Shown: positions 24,729 to 38,900 of the stretch, piece after piece
Layout: each line of letters opens with the position of its first letter
Position numbering within the stretch: position 1 is the stretch's first letter
NCBI RefSeq assembly: GCF_009914755.1
Contig: NC_060930.1
Length of the DNA: 64,000 bases
DNA from: the human T2T-CHM13v2.0 reference genome, Homo sapiens
Direction: 5' to 3' (one strand)
The notes under the pieces: model-generated
Databases searched by the model: none
What the model was told of the DNA's origin: nothing
Seen by the model: the letters and a program-made list of their open reading frames with translations, nothing else
Made by a program: the position numbers and the translations under genes

Positions 24729-25315
24729 TAACATAATATATACATGATTTTATAAAAAATTATGAAATTTTATTGAATGATATAAGAATACCTAAATAAA
24801 TGGAGAGTTATACCATATATATAGATAGGAATACTCAGTATTTTGAATTTCCAATTCTTCCCAAAAATAATCTATAAAAAGCCAGTTCAATCTAAATCTT
24901 AAATTTTCTCAGAAATTGACTAGTTGTTTCTAAAATGTATATGGATGAATAAAATGCCAAGAATAGCCAAAGGAAAACATTTGAAGAAAGTTAAATGTAA
25001 TGAACTTACTCTATCATTTATCAAGGGTTATTATAAAAGTATAATAATTAAAATATGCTGTGTCAGTAGAGGGAGGTACATGTACACCAACTTAACAAAA
25101 CAGGGAGCCTGGACACCACCATGTATATGAGAGAGGCGATTTTCAAATTAGTGGAGAAATATAAAATAAAGAGCATATTTATTTTAGATAAGACAATTAA
25201 TTTGTCATATGGAGAAAAATTATAAATCTACCTTATACTACACATAAAAATAAATCCTAAATGGATTGAAAATGCAAGAATGAGTTGAAAAATATGAAAA
25301 AATTAAGAAAAATAG

Positions 25316-25645
<330 letters not shown>

Positions 25646-27974
25646 TGATCTTGAAGGGTAGGGAAAGAGTTATTGCACAGGACTCAAAAAGCACAGACTT
25701 TAAAAAGATTGATAACTTTAATCATTTAAAATAGAAAAGGTCTATATGAATAAAAGACCATAAAATGATAAGGCACAGACTAAGAGAAGATATTTGTAGT
25801 CCAAGCAACCAGTAAAGGATTAGTAAACAAAATACGTATTAAATAGAAGCCTAAAAAACAATAAAAAGGAAACATTTCAATAGAGAAAGAACAAAGGACA
25901 TGATGAGTCAATTAAGAAGAAATCTTTTAAAACATAAAGTGTTGCACAACCTCATTGATCATTAGGGGAGATTAAGATTAAAACAAAATGGGACAGCATT
26001 CCATGACCAGCAGATTGGCAAAACTTAAAAACTCTGATCATATAAAGTCTTGGCAATACCATGGGAACATAGAAACTTTCAAAAACGGCTACTATTAGGT
26101 ACTTCCACTTTGGAGAGTAATTTAACAATATCCATGGAATTAAAGATGTGTATAACTTACAAGGCAGCAAATCTACTTTTAAGCTATATATACTTGTTGA
26201 ATTCTTAAACGAGGAGGTATTCTTAAATACGGTAGTGCAGCATTGTTGTGTTAGCAAAACTTGAACAAACATAATTGTTCAAGAATAGAGAAATGGAGAA
26301 ACTAAAGATAATTTAATGGAATACTAAATATCATTAATCATGAATAAGTTAGATCTACCTGTACCAAAATGGATATATTGCAAATTACAATGTTGAGTGG
26401 AAAAACACAAGTCATCAAAGTATATGGTATGGTAAAATTTAGGTGAAACATGAAAATACATAAAAACAATACTACATGTTTATAGATATATACATATACA
26501 GTCAAAAATGAAACATATGGACAGGAAGGGTACATAGTGTTGTGGTGGCTTTTATAGGGAGGGAATAAACAGTATTTCCAATATTTTATTTATCTGTATT
26601 TGCTAGATTTTATTTTACAAATATCTGAGGCAAATACTGTCAAATAACAACACATGTTAAATTAGAGGAAAGGGGGCATTGTGGTGTGTTACATTATTAT
26701 CTATACTTTTCTATATGTTTGAAATAGTTCATAGTTAAAATTGAAGTATTTATTTACATGAAGGAAATAGCCAAAAATGTAAAGATATTTTACCTAATCC
26801 TTGTTGTGACTCACAGCATAAATTGGAGACTGTGACTGATTTTAGATGAAGTCTTTTGTCTTAAAACTAAGAGAGGATAACTGGCTAATAAAGAAGGTAT
26901 TCCTAACCTTGGTTTCATTAGTGCAGTTCTCTAACCAACTAAACTAACTGTCCACAGGTGACAGAACCTATAAAGAAATAAAAAGCATTGTTTGCTTGAT
27001 GAGTTTGGATCTAATCACACAATTAAGGTAAAGAATAACTGTATTGTTTGTGGAACCTAGAGCAAGATGCTGTTAACATTGCTAATCAATTTGACATGAA
27101 AAATTTTACATATTATAAAACGTTTGTCCTATTAAAATCTTGATATCAAATTCAATTGATTTCTAAGACGCAGTTTTTGTTGAGAGAAAAGTAACAAACA
27201 ATGGTTTGTTTTAATTTAGTTTTTAAAAACAATAATTTACATGGAGTTAGGAGAAAGATAGTTTTGAATGGAATTTGTGTACTTTGAAAAGAGGGAAGAA
27301 ACCTTTCCCCTGCATTTACAGATATTCAGAGTTCAGAAATCCCATTTCACCCATAAGGGCTAAGTTTCTAAAATCCTCATGGTATAAGAGTTTCTTAAAC
27401 TTTTATTAATTTTTTGGTGAGAGAACGTAAGGACCTAGAAGAAAAATAAGATAGGAAGAGCAAGATTTAGAGAGCAAATGTGTCGAAGCCACAGAGCCAA
27501 TGTTGTGATCCCTGATCATCTGATTGAGGCTGGTACAGAAGTGTCCCAGCAATTCCCATGTATTAGAACTGGAATCATCACAGTTGCCTAAAATGTTCAG
27601 AGAAGGAAATTCCATTGTACTTAGATTTCATGTAAAAGGAACTCATGGTTGGGGAGGGAGAACTCTAAACATATCTGACTGCATTAAACCATAGAATTAT
27701 AGAATCCTATGTTATTAAGGCTTGAGGAAACCTTAGAAGTTTCCAGTTTAACCTTTTCATTTTTCATCTATGGCAGGGATATTTAAAGCTGTGTCTAAAG
27801 GCACAATTGGCTCAACTCTTTTCTAATTTATCTTGACAGTCGTAACAGTCAAACCAATTGTGTGTAGGAAGAGACATAGAGACAATTTCAAGTGGGGGTA
27901 TTAACCTCTTGGTACATTATTTTAAATATCAGTCATAAAAAAGCCAAAGTTTAGAAGCCTAGCTTCTTTTGTCT

Positions 27975-28192
27975 TATGTCATCCCGCGTAGTTTAAATGC
28001 ACCATAGTTGAAATGTAAATGCCAAATTGTCTAGGTATCACATACTGCCAAATATGCCTTAAATAGACAAGGACTATGCTATTTATAACCCACGGAATAC
28101 CATGAAAAGCCTCATTTTCCTAAGTGTAGAGTGTGGAAGCTAGTATGAAAGAGAGTATTTCACTTGATTTATGAGCTTTAAAATATGAAAAA
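27975..28192 (+). repeat. Long inverted repeat, left arm
   Basis: Aligns by hand to the reverse complement of 29216-29436 with about 23 substitutions and 2 single-base gaps. Confidence 0.95.
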
Positions 28193-28489
28193 AAAAAAAA
28201 AGGCATCCTCAACCAAAACCTAGCTTCCAACATTTGATGAGTATTTAACTGACTGCATGAGCTGTCTCTGCACAAACTGTCTCATTATGGTTGGACTGCT
28301 TTTTCAAAGAGTTCAGAAATATTTTCTTCCAGGTAGGAGTGAGTAGTTGGCCAGGTGGGGAAATTTACTAAGATGGATTTTTTAAAGTCCATGCAGTTTT
28401 TCTGGAGAAAATTGGGAGAAACCTCTGGAGGCTGTATATATAGGCAAAATAGGGCTTGCAGGAAGCAGAAATGCTTTCAGTCTTTTAGG

Positions 28490-28960
28490 CCACGTGTGTA
28501 CTTTCTCGTGTCAGACAGCAAGATGAAATTGAACGTGCAAGGTTTTTACTAGAGGAAATACTTGTGAAAGGAAACAGAGAGGGAGCCAGGTATAGCTGGG
28601 AGAACTGTCAGACCCATGAGGCAAGTCTGGCTATAAGTGAAAGAGGGAGAGAGGTTGAGTGGAAGTGTCCTAGACTGCCCAGTAATCTAAGGAAATTTGA
28701 CAAAACCTCTGAGGAGTCCTTGAGATCAAGGTGGACGATACAGAAGCCCCGTGTCTCCAAGGAACTCCCTGGTATACCTCGTCCTTGCCAGGCAGCTGCC
28801 TGTGAAGAGTGGAGCCTTGGGACAAAGGCTGAGAAGGATTTCATAAAACAGCAGGGGGCCCCTGGGTCAGTTTCACTTCCTGTTACAGGATGTCTGCAGT
28901 GAGCATCCTCATAGCTGCTACTTCCATCCATAGGCAAAATGATGAAATAGGCAGCTTCAT
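28490..28960. mobile_element. Old ERVL-class LTR fragment (LTR16/LTR33-like) inside the inverted-repeat spacer
   Basis: TGCAAGGTTTTTACTAGAGGAAATACTTGTGAAAGG..GGGAGAACTGTCAGACCCATGAGGCAAGTCTG resembles recalled ERVL LTR consensus sequences. Confidence 0.55.
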
Positions 28961-29215
28961 CTGCATTCTCTTTACCTTCATCTCTCCACCACATCCCTTT
29001 TCCTTTGTTGGGCGGTTCTTCTCTACTCCTCTTAGGTATTCAGTCATAGCCTTTGAAATATCTTTTACTCTTGAAAAACGATTTGCTCCTCGAAAAGATC
29101 TGATATTCACAGTAGGGCAAAATTCCATGTTCTTCAAATATTTTGCTTTTGTATCCCCTGAAAGAATTTTTAAAAATTGTGTACACATTCACAAATCTTT
29201 AGTTTTGGGTGACTT

Positions 29216-29436
29216 ATTTTTAATATTTTTAAAGCTTATAAGTCAAGTGAAACACTCTCTTTCATCCTAGCTTCCACACTTTACACTTAGGAAAATGAGA
29301 TTTTTCATGGTGTTTTGTAGGGTATAAATAACATAGTTCTATGTCTATTTAAGGCACATTTGGCAGTATGTGCTACCTAGACAATTTGGCATTTAAATTT
29401 CAACTATGGTGCATGTAAAATATGCAGGATAACATA
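29216..29436 (-). repeat. Long inverted repeat, right arm
   Basis: For example ACCTAGACAATTTGGCATTTA here is the reverse complement of TAAATGCCAAATTGTCTAGGT in the left arm. Confidence 0.95.
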
Positions 29437-31227
29437 GTTTTTTTTAAAAAATGATATACACAGTCACAGATTTTCATGTAGACATCTACAAATTTTCTGC
29501 CAGAACGTGTGTGTATCATGACAGTAAAACTCTTTTCTGAGATTCAATAGAGAGGCAAGTTTTCATTGCTCACTATATTATACCAGAGATGTAAGAAGGC
29601 TACAACTATTGAGGGAGGATGCAGATAATGGGGCTGCAGGGGACCAAGGTCTAAGATAAGATGGGGGTATCCCCATCTTCCATTGTCCCGCTTACCCCAC
29701 ATTTCTCATGAGATCTACTGAGGATGGTGACTTAGAAGGGACCTAAGGCAGGTGCTACGTAGCTAGCCCCTACTCAGCTGTTGGGACACATATGACACAA
29801 TAAAGTTTTGTTGGATATTAATTGACACAGAATGTAATCAATTGCTCTGGTATCTCAAAAAGTTTATTTTCTGCAGATTGGCTGCATCTTATCAAACAGG
29901 CTCATTTTTTCTCCCAGACAGACTGCTGCACTTTGCACTAGGCTGACATTATTTGTCTGTCCTCTACTGTGACACAGGAAAAAGTGAATTATTTCTGATG
30001 TGCTCAAAGCATTCCTGATTTTCTCAAGGTGAGAGTCCACATACAACTTCCTGGTTGAATACTGTTGGGAAAGTATATTCCTGATGATGGTGGCAATCTG
30101 AAATTTGCAGTCAATTGTAGACTTAAAATAATGAGAAAATCTAGGTAGAGAAGATGCACAGTTTCTCCTCAGACACCCTTATTCAAATCTTCATTCACAC
30201 TGTTTCTTGCTGCTCTTCTATATTGGCTGTGGTTTATATAGAAGGCAATTCAGTCATTTTGCTTTCATCTGTGGCTCAAGGACATCTTGGCATTTTCTTC
30301 TATTTTTGACCAATATAATGTATTGCTATTAATAAATTTAAATAGTATGCTTTTGTTTGGGAAATGATCTGATTTTTCAATACAGTAGGATTTAGTGCCA
30401 CTAATATACTTTAAAATAACATTTTAAAATTGCCTTTCCCCCCATTTAGACATTTATTTGCTTTTCCAACATACGTTATTTTAAGGATGAGATTTCCATT
30501 TAACACCACGATTTAGATTAAATTATTTTCTTAAAATCACATTGCTCCCATAGTATACTTAGTTTTCTAATTCCCATATGCTCCACTATAGCTGAAAAAA
30601 GTTCATCTATATGATGTGACTGAAGAGGCAGCCTTCGTTCACAACACAGCACAATCTGTTAAAGTGGTAAATATTACCCATTTCTATTATTAGAGCTGAA
30701 ATGGAATTTTCTCTTGCTGCATTTTCAAGATGTGACATAATGAGATAGCAAGCATGGAAAAGTCAGAAATAGTGGAAGCTAACGGTTGTCATCAGTACCA
30801 GGAACGCTTGAATTCAGTCTGCCTTGCCTGGCTCCTGACTCGTTCACACAACGCCCCCAGGCCATCTCATTCTCTGTTTGAATTATAGGGTGCTATTTGA
30901 GCTTTGCAGATACTGGGGTAAGGAAGCGTGAAGCAAGGTTTCCAATTCTATATTGGTTTTCAGACTGAACGAGAACAGAAAAATTCTTGCTTGATGTTTC
31001 AATTCTCTTCAGCCTCCTAAAGACACACCTTCCCAGCTCTGAGAACTAGCTGAGTAGTTCTTCACCCTACATAGAGACGCGCCTGACTTCTCCCTCCTTG
31101 ACTACAAACCAGAATTAAAAAACGAGAGAAAAAAAGTGAGAAAAAGGCAACTATTCTTGTTGCAGAAGTACTATTGAAATTAGCACAGTGTACAATTTCT
31201 GGCAGAAATGAGAGAAGAATGGGGGAT

Positions 31228-31230
<3 letters not shown>

Positions 31231-31258
<28 letters not shown>
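31231..31258. repeat. (GT)n microsatellite
   Basis: About 14 uninterrupted GT units read directly. Confidence 0.97.
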
Positions 31259-31261
<3 letters not shown>

Positions 31262-31329
31262 CTTCAATAGACCTCAAGAATGTAACTGAGGAAGGAACAG
31301 GAGTAACTAGAGAAAAACCTAAAAAACCC

Positions 31330-31605
31330 TATATATATATATTATATATATATATAATATATATATTCATATATCTATCATATATATATCTATCATATAT
31401 ATATTCATATATCTATCATATATATTCATATATCATATATATTCATATATCTATCATATATATATTCATATATATATCTATCATATATATTCATATATAT
31501 ATCATATATATATTCATATATATCTATCATATATATTCATATATATATCTATCATATATATCTATCATATATTCATATATATTTATATAAATTCATATAT
31601 ATATA
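31330..31605. repeat. Interrupted (TA)n-rich minisatellite
   Basis: Recurring TATATCTATCATA / TATATTCATA units over ~275 bp with no G on the plus strand. Confidence 0.95.
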
Positions 31606-32799
31606 ACAAAAATGTTATTTGAAAAAGCTTTATAGTTAAAAATCAGATTCACTTTGAGCCTATTTGTTAAAGGAAAACTTTTACATCTTTAACTGGGCTG
31701 TTAATATTGTCATTTACTAGTCGATGCCTTCATTGAATGCATCAGTGAAATTCAACTCAGTTTTCCCTGCTCTCACGTTGTGCATTAATCACTGATACTC
31801 CATGGCCTGGCTTTTCTCATTGCTTAAATAGTTTCCTACTCTTTTACGTTATTATTAGAACAGAGTATATTCAGCTTTCCGAAGTTAATAGAGTAGCATG
31901 GCTTGATTTGTTTTAATAAACAATGGATAAAATTGCTGGTTTCACTGGAGTGGTCTGATTTGCAACTCCCAGTGGAAATCTTCCCTTTGAGTTTTGTGCT
32001 TTGGAATTAGAAGAGATGCAGGCTTCTTGTCTTCCTTCTAAGTCATATGTGGATAGTAGAAAGAGGACTGGATGGAGTCTCAGGAGCCATGTCTCTTTAA
32101 TACCAGCTTTGCCAGTAACAAGACTTCCAACCTCAGGTGAAGTGCTTAGCTTCGCTGGGGCCTAGTTCCTCATGTGTAAAATTATGGGGAATGGACTTTA
32201 TGATTTTTCTTTATAATTTAGGCATGTCTAAAGCTCTACAAGATTTGAACAAGAAACACCAGTGGGGTTCTGTATATTTGGTATTGTTTAGTGAATGAAT
32301 CACAGGGACACCAAAGGTTCTTTATGTTAACAGATGGAAAATTTTAATGGAAAGACGAATGACTGAATCAGAATTTTCTTATTAAGATGTCTGCAGCATG
32401 CTAGCTAAAAATGAGGGATTGAGCCACACATGACAGTAATCTTTTCGAGTGGTCTCTGTCCTTCTTATTGACTGACTGATTTTTAGTTTATGGGTGTGGC
32501 CTCTGGAGCAGCCATTGGTTAAGAGATTTGACTCCTTTCTAGATCCAGTGCTTATGGTTACGTATTTCCAGCATTTTTCCAGAGCTTGGTGCAATGACTG
32601 ACTCCAATATTTTATATATGGCTAAGAGGACTCACCTACAAGAGTATACAATGTCTAGAATGCTTATATTGTTTCTATGTAAATGATTCCCTGTCTTAAA
32701 CCTACCTCACTGCACAAAATTGTTATGACCAAGAATGTTTATATCATGGGCTTGATATAGGCATAGCCTAAAATTTCAAGGATGAAAAATTGATGTGAT

Positions 32800-33070
32800 A
32801 GATTATTGTCATTTCTGGTATGCTTATTGCATGCCAGCTACTGTGCATTATCTACACATTACCATTTATAGGAATGATCTCATTTTAATGTTATAAACAA
32901 TTTTATAAAAGAAGGAGTGTTTTTGTGCCCATTTTTCCGTAATGTAACTGAGGCCCAGAGAGATTAAGTGATGTCTCCAGACTCATCATTACTAGAAAGT
33001 GTTAGACCTAGAGTTCAAATCCATGTCAGTTTCACCAGAAAGCTTTACTTTTACCAACACTACTCAGTTC
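32800..33070 (-). mobile_element. MIR SINE
   Basis: CCCATTTT..GTAACTGAGGCCCAGAGAGATTAAGTGA..TTCAAATCCA. Confidence 0.8.
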
Positions 33071-35916
33071 TGTCTCATTGGGTCATCTGTTTTCTGCCCA
33101 GATACCAACTGCCTCACCTTCATCCTCAAACATCCTCCATCTCCATGGTATTATGGTAATGCCATGACTGCAAAGATGCCTTCTTTAACACAGGTATACT
33201 TTGAAGGCCATGTGTTCCTGCCTTATTAATTGAATATTCTGAAACTTTCCTTCCAGTGTACAGCCACTGGAAAATACCTGGGAAATCACATTTTCCTATA
33301 TGCATGGAGAGACTGCTATTTCCTAAATTTAAGGGGTTTTCTCCAAATTTAACTGAATGTCTTTCTTCCCATTGAAAACAAAAGTGCCTCTCAGCCAACA
33401 AATGAGCAGAATATTTTCCCAACAGGTCCTTTAATTTGCAGTTGCTTGAAAATGAATGAAGATCAAAAGCTTTTTCATAGACCACTTTCCCCTCTGGGAG
33501 ACATTTAAGCATGTTAAGAATAAGCATCATTTTTAAAAATTAAGAAAACAAGTTGGATTTTAAATATATTTCAAAAAATAGCTTTGCACAAATATTATGC
33601 CATTTTGTGCTATTCAGTTTTTTTAGGCACCTGAGGAATCGTCTTTTTCTACATCTAACCCATGTTGTTAGTACATATAGGCTTTTGTAGTACAGAACAT
33701 CCTGATTTAACCAGAAAGATCATTACCATGAAACACATTTGTGTATTGCAGAAAGCTCCACAAAAAGGTATCTGTGTCCTTGCAGATAAGGATGTTCCCA
33801 TTTAGATTAACTGAAAGAAAAACAAGCCTGACAATGGATGTTGCCTTTAAAAAAATAAATAATCTGATTTTCAAATAACAACTTAAAGCCACTGTGGGAA
33901 TTGCTGTCATTCTGTCAAATAGAGATGGCCTAGTTTTCTGTGGATCATCTTAAATGGCAAGGGGCAAATGTGTGTTTCAGATTCCCAGTTGAGCTGTTTC
34001 TTCTGGAAGCGTCGGAACTGTTTGACCATCTCTTTTTGTTAGGATGTGGGTTCATATCTTCTCTCTTGTTTATTGGAGTTGCTGAGACCCAACGAGGACC
34101 AGCCCCAGACAAAACTATGATGGAGATGAGGCTTGATTAAGGTTTCCCCTAATCTTCCTTTTAGTATCTTCCTCCAGGAGGCGTGTGTGCACCCCACTTC
34201 CGACCAGGAGAGACTGGTTTATTGCCTGTCACTCTGGCTCTGACCCCAGGACACTCTGCTTACCCACCACCACTCTCATCTCCACTCCCCACACATGTTC
34301 TGGAACATCCCTTTCACCTTGTCTTTCATTAGTGCTTACCCGACCAAGTTCCATTTTCCCAGGGTGACTGAGGCTAATGTGATAAACTAATGACTGATAT
34401 TGGGTGAGCAAAACATTAGCATTTAAATAGGGACCTTCTGAAGGAGACACACTTAACAGGGACGAGGTCTTCAGAGGGAGCAATTTCAGACATGATGACA
34501 GGACCAGGTCAAAGATAATTTTGTCAGATGGGGCCTTGGGGTTATGCGCAGGGTCAGCCCTAGTTTCTAGCCTTTGTCTCAGTCAGGATTTCAGACATTT
34601 ATGGCAGGATCCCAACAGCTTTCACAGGACTTTTGACATAAGTACTTTGACCCAAGAGCATTTCCTCCTGCTCCTTGACAGGCTCCACCTTTCCTCCTTC
34701 ACAGGAGTAGACTGTTCTTGAAACAACTGAAAAGAAAACCTCTTTAGCAGTTGGGAAGAAACGTGATTAACCATGTGGCAGCAAATGGACATTTTCAAAA
34801 GAGGTCCTAAATCCAGGGCCCCTGCTTTGCTCAGCTCCAGAGCACCCATTCACATAGAATTACAGTGACTGCTGCTTCCTGGAGGCCTGTGCACAGAAGG
34901 CGCTGCTGAGATCTGGATTTGCGCTTGGGGCTCCTGAACAAATGTGGCCTCCATTCAGCCTTGCAGGCCAATGTAAGAGTTTCTACTCTCATTTTTCTGT
35001 AGGTACAGCATAAGTATCCTGATTTAGGGCTCAATGCTAGCCATCATCCTTTCACCCCCTGAAATGCTGAGAAAATAAGATGTTGTTACATCAAGCAAAG
35101 ACTATGATGGGGTCTTCAGGACCATTTAGTGAGTCTGCCTGAAGAGTTTTGTATGAAGGCATTACTGACTTAAGGCTGTTGGCTTTATTATCTTCATAAT
35201 ATAGTCAATGTCCCCTCCTTGGTTCTTTGGATGAAGGTGATGGGAGCGACATCTGTTCCAAAGCTGGTTCACTGAATGGCGATTTCGATGACTTAATGCC
35301 TTTTCAGACTTGTGCTGCCACCGCTGTTCTTTGGTTTTGATTTTAAAGCAGCTGAATAGAATCTCTAAGCCTTCCATTATGCCTGCCTTTAAAAAAGTTC
35401 TGAAGAAATAATTTAGAACATACCAAGGACAAATGCTTGAGTTATAGAAACTTTTTTATTACTATTATTATTACAAAGCGACCCAAAGATCTTTTAATTT
35501 CTTTGATTGTTTAAAGTAGCTGTGTGGAAACATAACATCTTAGATGTGGAGAGAGCTTATAATTGAGCACAAGTCTGAGTGTGGAGACAATGGCAGTTGG
35601 TTGCTGGGATTCCCAGGGACTCTGGAAAGTGAAAGGGGTCAGGAAAAGTTTATCGGAATTTGATAGCAGCCTCTATACAAACATCCAGATAAAACTACAG
35701 CCAATTACTATGTATGGCTTATTATACTCCCCTCCCCCAAGTTCCCAAATTCTGTGCAGATTTAAATCTTTCATCCAGAATAAAGATTTGTAGCATAATG
35801 ACCTGATTTAGCGACAAAGAAGAAATAAATCTGACAGTTGGGACCAGAAGAGGTATTAATCTCCAAAGTTCACGCAAGCCTTTGTTTCCTCCTTTCAGTT
35901 TTTAAGCAACAGGGGC

Positions 35917-35939
35917 AAAAAAAAAAAAAAAAAAAAAAA
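35917..35939 (+). repeat. Poly(A) tract
   Basis: About 23 consecutive A with no recognisable SINE upstream. Confidence 0.9.
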
Positions 35940-38900
35940 GAGTGAGGGACTGTTTGCATTTCAGCTCGAGTTACATTGCTTGGGAGAAAACAGACCAAAA
36001 AGTGGGGAGCGGTGTTAGAATTGAAAGAAAGATTTTCCATTCTTTAAAGACATCGCAACCAAGGGAAAGCAGAGAGATGGAGTCAACCTTGGCCATCTCA
36101 TGGGCTGCCCCGGGCTTAAGAGAGAAGCAGGTGGACAGGGAAAGGCATTCAGCAGGAGGGGCACCTGGGGCACCTGGATATTGTTTCTGATCACCCAGGC
36201 ATAATTTAGTGGGACATTTCACGATGTGGAGTCAGGTGCTGAATGGATAATTATTCTACTTTTCAGTTTCAGGTTTGACCCCTGGCACACACTGACCCCA
36301 GGTGAAGACAGAGCAGACTCTGTAGTCTGCCAAAGGATGAACTCTGATCTAAGCTCTCTGAAGCAGTCCTGGCCTCTGGATAAATGACCTCTTCAATTAG
36401 GCTTCTTTACGTTTCATGTAGATGAAGAGATTTTGGCTCATTTCCCCACTTCTGCCTTTGCTCAATGTGAAAACACATTGTAAAATATAATCATTTGAGG
36501 GTGATTCTAACAGTTCTAACTGACTGGCTGTTCTGGAAGATAAAAATAATACGATTTTAAAGGAACCTTAACTTTTGAAAGTGAAGTGAGTACCACATGC
36601 TGCAAAGGAGAATATTGATTTAATGGCCACACATAATCCTGTAAATTTAGTCATGAAACAGACACTAATTTTAAAGAATAGTGGTACTATTAAAATATAC
36701 CTCTGCACAGCTGTAGGACAAACAGATTTGATTCCCCTCAGGGGAAACTGAGAGGTCCAAGTGGCCTTTGCCAGTCTGTGAACTTGCAGTGTGTGTCAGT
36801 GACAGTTTGAGTACTGCGGGCTATAGGACTTGCATTCCTAAGCAAGTTCTCTAGGCTTCCACAGAAATAAGCGATAAAAATTGCCCTTCTGTGTTTTGAG
36901 TTAACTTCCTTTAGATCTCATTGAGCCAAGAGCCAAATCCACCATGAGTAAAAGTGTTGAGCATTGTCAGAGAGCTGTACTAATGGACAAAGGCTGACTT
37001 TAAAGGTCATAAAGTATTTCTCTCACATGGGTGATGAATAGCAGTTTGGAATTTCCTTGGCTCTGTTATACTGTGTGCTGAGGTGGTGGTAATGTTTATC
37101 AGGGAAGCCTGTCTTGGCTTATTGGACTAAATGAGAGGCTAAGAAGGGAATGCTGTCCTATGTCAGGGCGTTATAGGTAAGTCATGAAATTTTCTCTAAT
37201 GAGATTTACAAAGGGTGGTCTTTAACACCAGAAGGTATAGCTACTAGTTATAACCAGTATTCAAAATGAGCTGGGCTTGAACCTAGTGAAAGTGTCATAG
37301 TTTCATCAAAGACCTGTATGACCAGAATAGAAAATTATACCTATAGGGCTACCAGATGTCCATAGAAAGGTAAATAGAACTTTGGTTGGACAGGGTTAGG
37401 ATTTAAAATCACACTGGTACACTGTAGAAGTAGAATAAAGGAGAGTGAAGTCTGGTAAAGACGATGCTAGACAAGATTATAGTACTAAACATAGAAAACA
37501 ATTTTGTACAGTGATCAGATAGGAAATAATGGCTAGTATACATTCCAGCAGAAAACATAATTTGTGGACTTGTTAAATTATTTTCTGTTCTGTTGTTCCA
37601 TCATTTCATAATTCAGCCTCCTGTCTGTCAATTCTTCTTTCAGTGGAAATAAAGCCAGTGGAGAAACCAAACTTTAAGGAGTTTGCTTATTTTCTCACCT
37701 CTACCTTAGAAGCAAAAGTGGTTTTAGATAGGGCCAAATACTGAAAAATGACAGCTCACAGTGTAAGGTGGATGAGGCTGAGGCTATCAGGCTGGGGCCT
37801 TTTAGCGTAGGGGCAACCAGCCTGCATATCCAATACTCATGAGATTACTACTATATAAAAGTATAGAGCAGCAATAATTTTTACAACGCTAACACAAAGT
37901 GTCATCAAAATGCCAAATGATGTTCAGTAAAAGTTTACGCTCTTTTATAAGTAAATATATTGGTGTGGAACTTCCTATTATCTAATGGGGCTGGATAAAT
38001 GTACTGACTTTGCAATCTATTATTATTGGTTTTTTTTTCAGAGATAGTACTAAAGTAAAATTCTTCAGTATTGCTTTTGCACAAATAATCATACAGTTTG
38101 AAGTAGTTAGGACTAAAGTGATAGGTTTCCAAGAATATAATTTTGAAAGCAAAAGTAGTTAGATTCATTCAGATATTTTAACTGTTTCCTGCCTATATTC
38201 ACTTCTATCTTTACACAGCAGATTTCTTATAAAAATTTAAAGCATGCGCAGAAAATGGGAGAAAAGTATCTTTCTGTAAATTGTAGTGTGGTGGAGGTAC
38301 TTACATACTGAATCCAAAAACAGGTAAAAATGATTCTCCCTAGCTGATTAAGTGATTTTCAACTTGTGTCGTTGTCTTCAAATATAACAGTTCACCATGG
38401 CTTCTGAGGCTAGGATAAATAATCATGGAACCTCATTTTAAAACACGGATTGCAAGCAAAACAGAAAGAAAAAAAAAACCCACACTAGCATAACTGTTTT
38501 GAAGATCCTGGCATATATGATTTGCTTTTGAAAACAGTTCCTCACTGCAGGGAAAACCGATCGGTTATACACATCCATGAATAAGCTGCAGAAGCGTGGT
38601 ACCACATTGAATATCGCAAATTTCAGTGACTAGTCATGGTTGTAGATGCAAATAGTTCTTAGCAACTCTGGTGATATCTATGCAAACACAGTTTGTTAGA
38701 TGAGGATGAAACGTGTTGGTGACATGGGTCAAAGAAAACGGGGTGTGCATTTAGCACAAGAGAGCCTCCTCTAGGCTATTGCAGAGGGAAAACCCTGCTT
38801 TTCCTTGGCCTCATTGTAAACTTGTCTTTGACAAAATAACCAAAAGAACATAAAACTCAGCTAAATCAAAGCAAAAGAAATAAAACCTCAAACTCTCCCT

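Noticed and set aside
28564-29270. Overlapping 101-128 aa ORFs inside the inverted-repeat spacer as a transposase or cargo gene
   Set aside because: There is no DDE or other motif, and they overlap an old LTR fragment on both strands.
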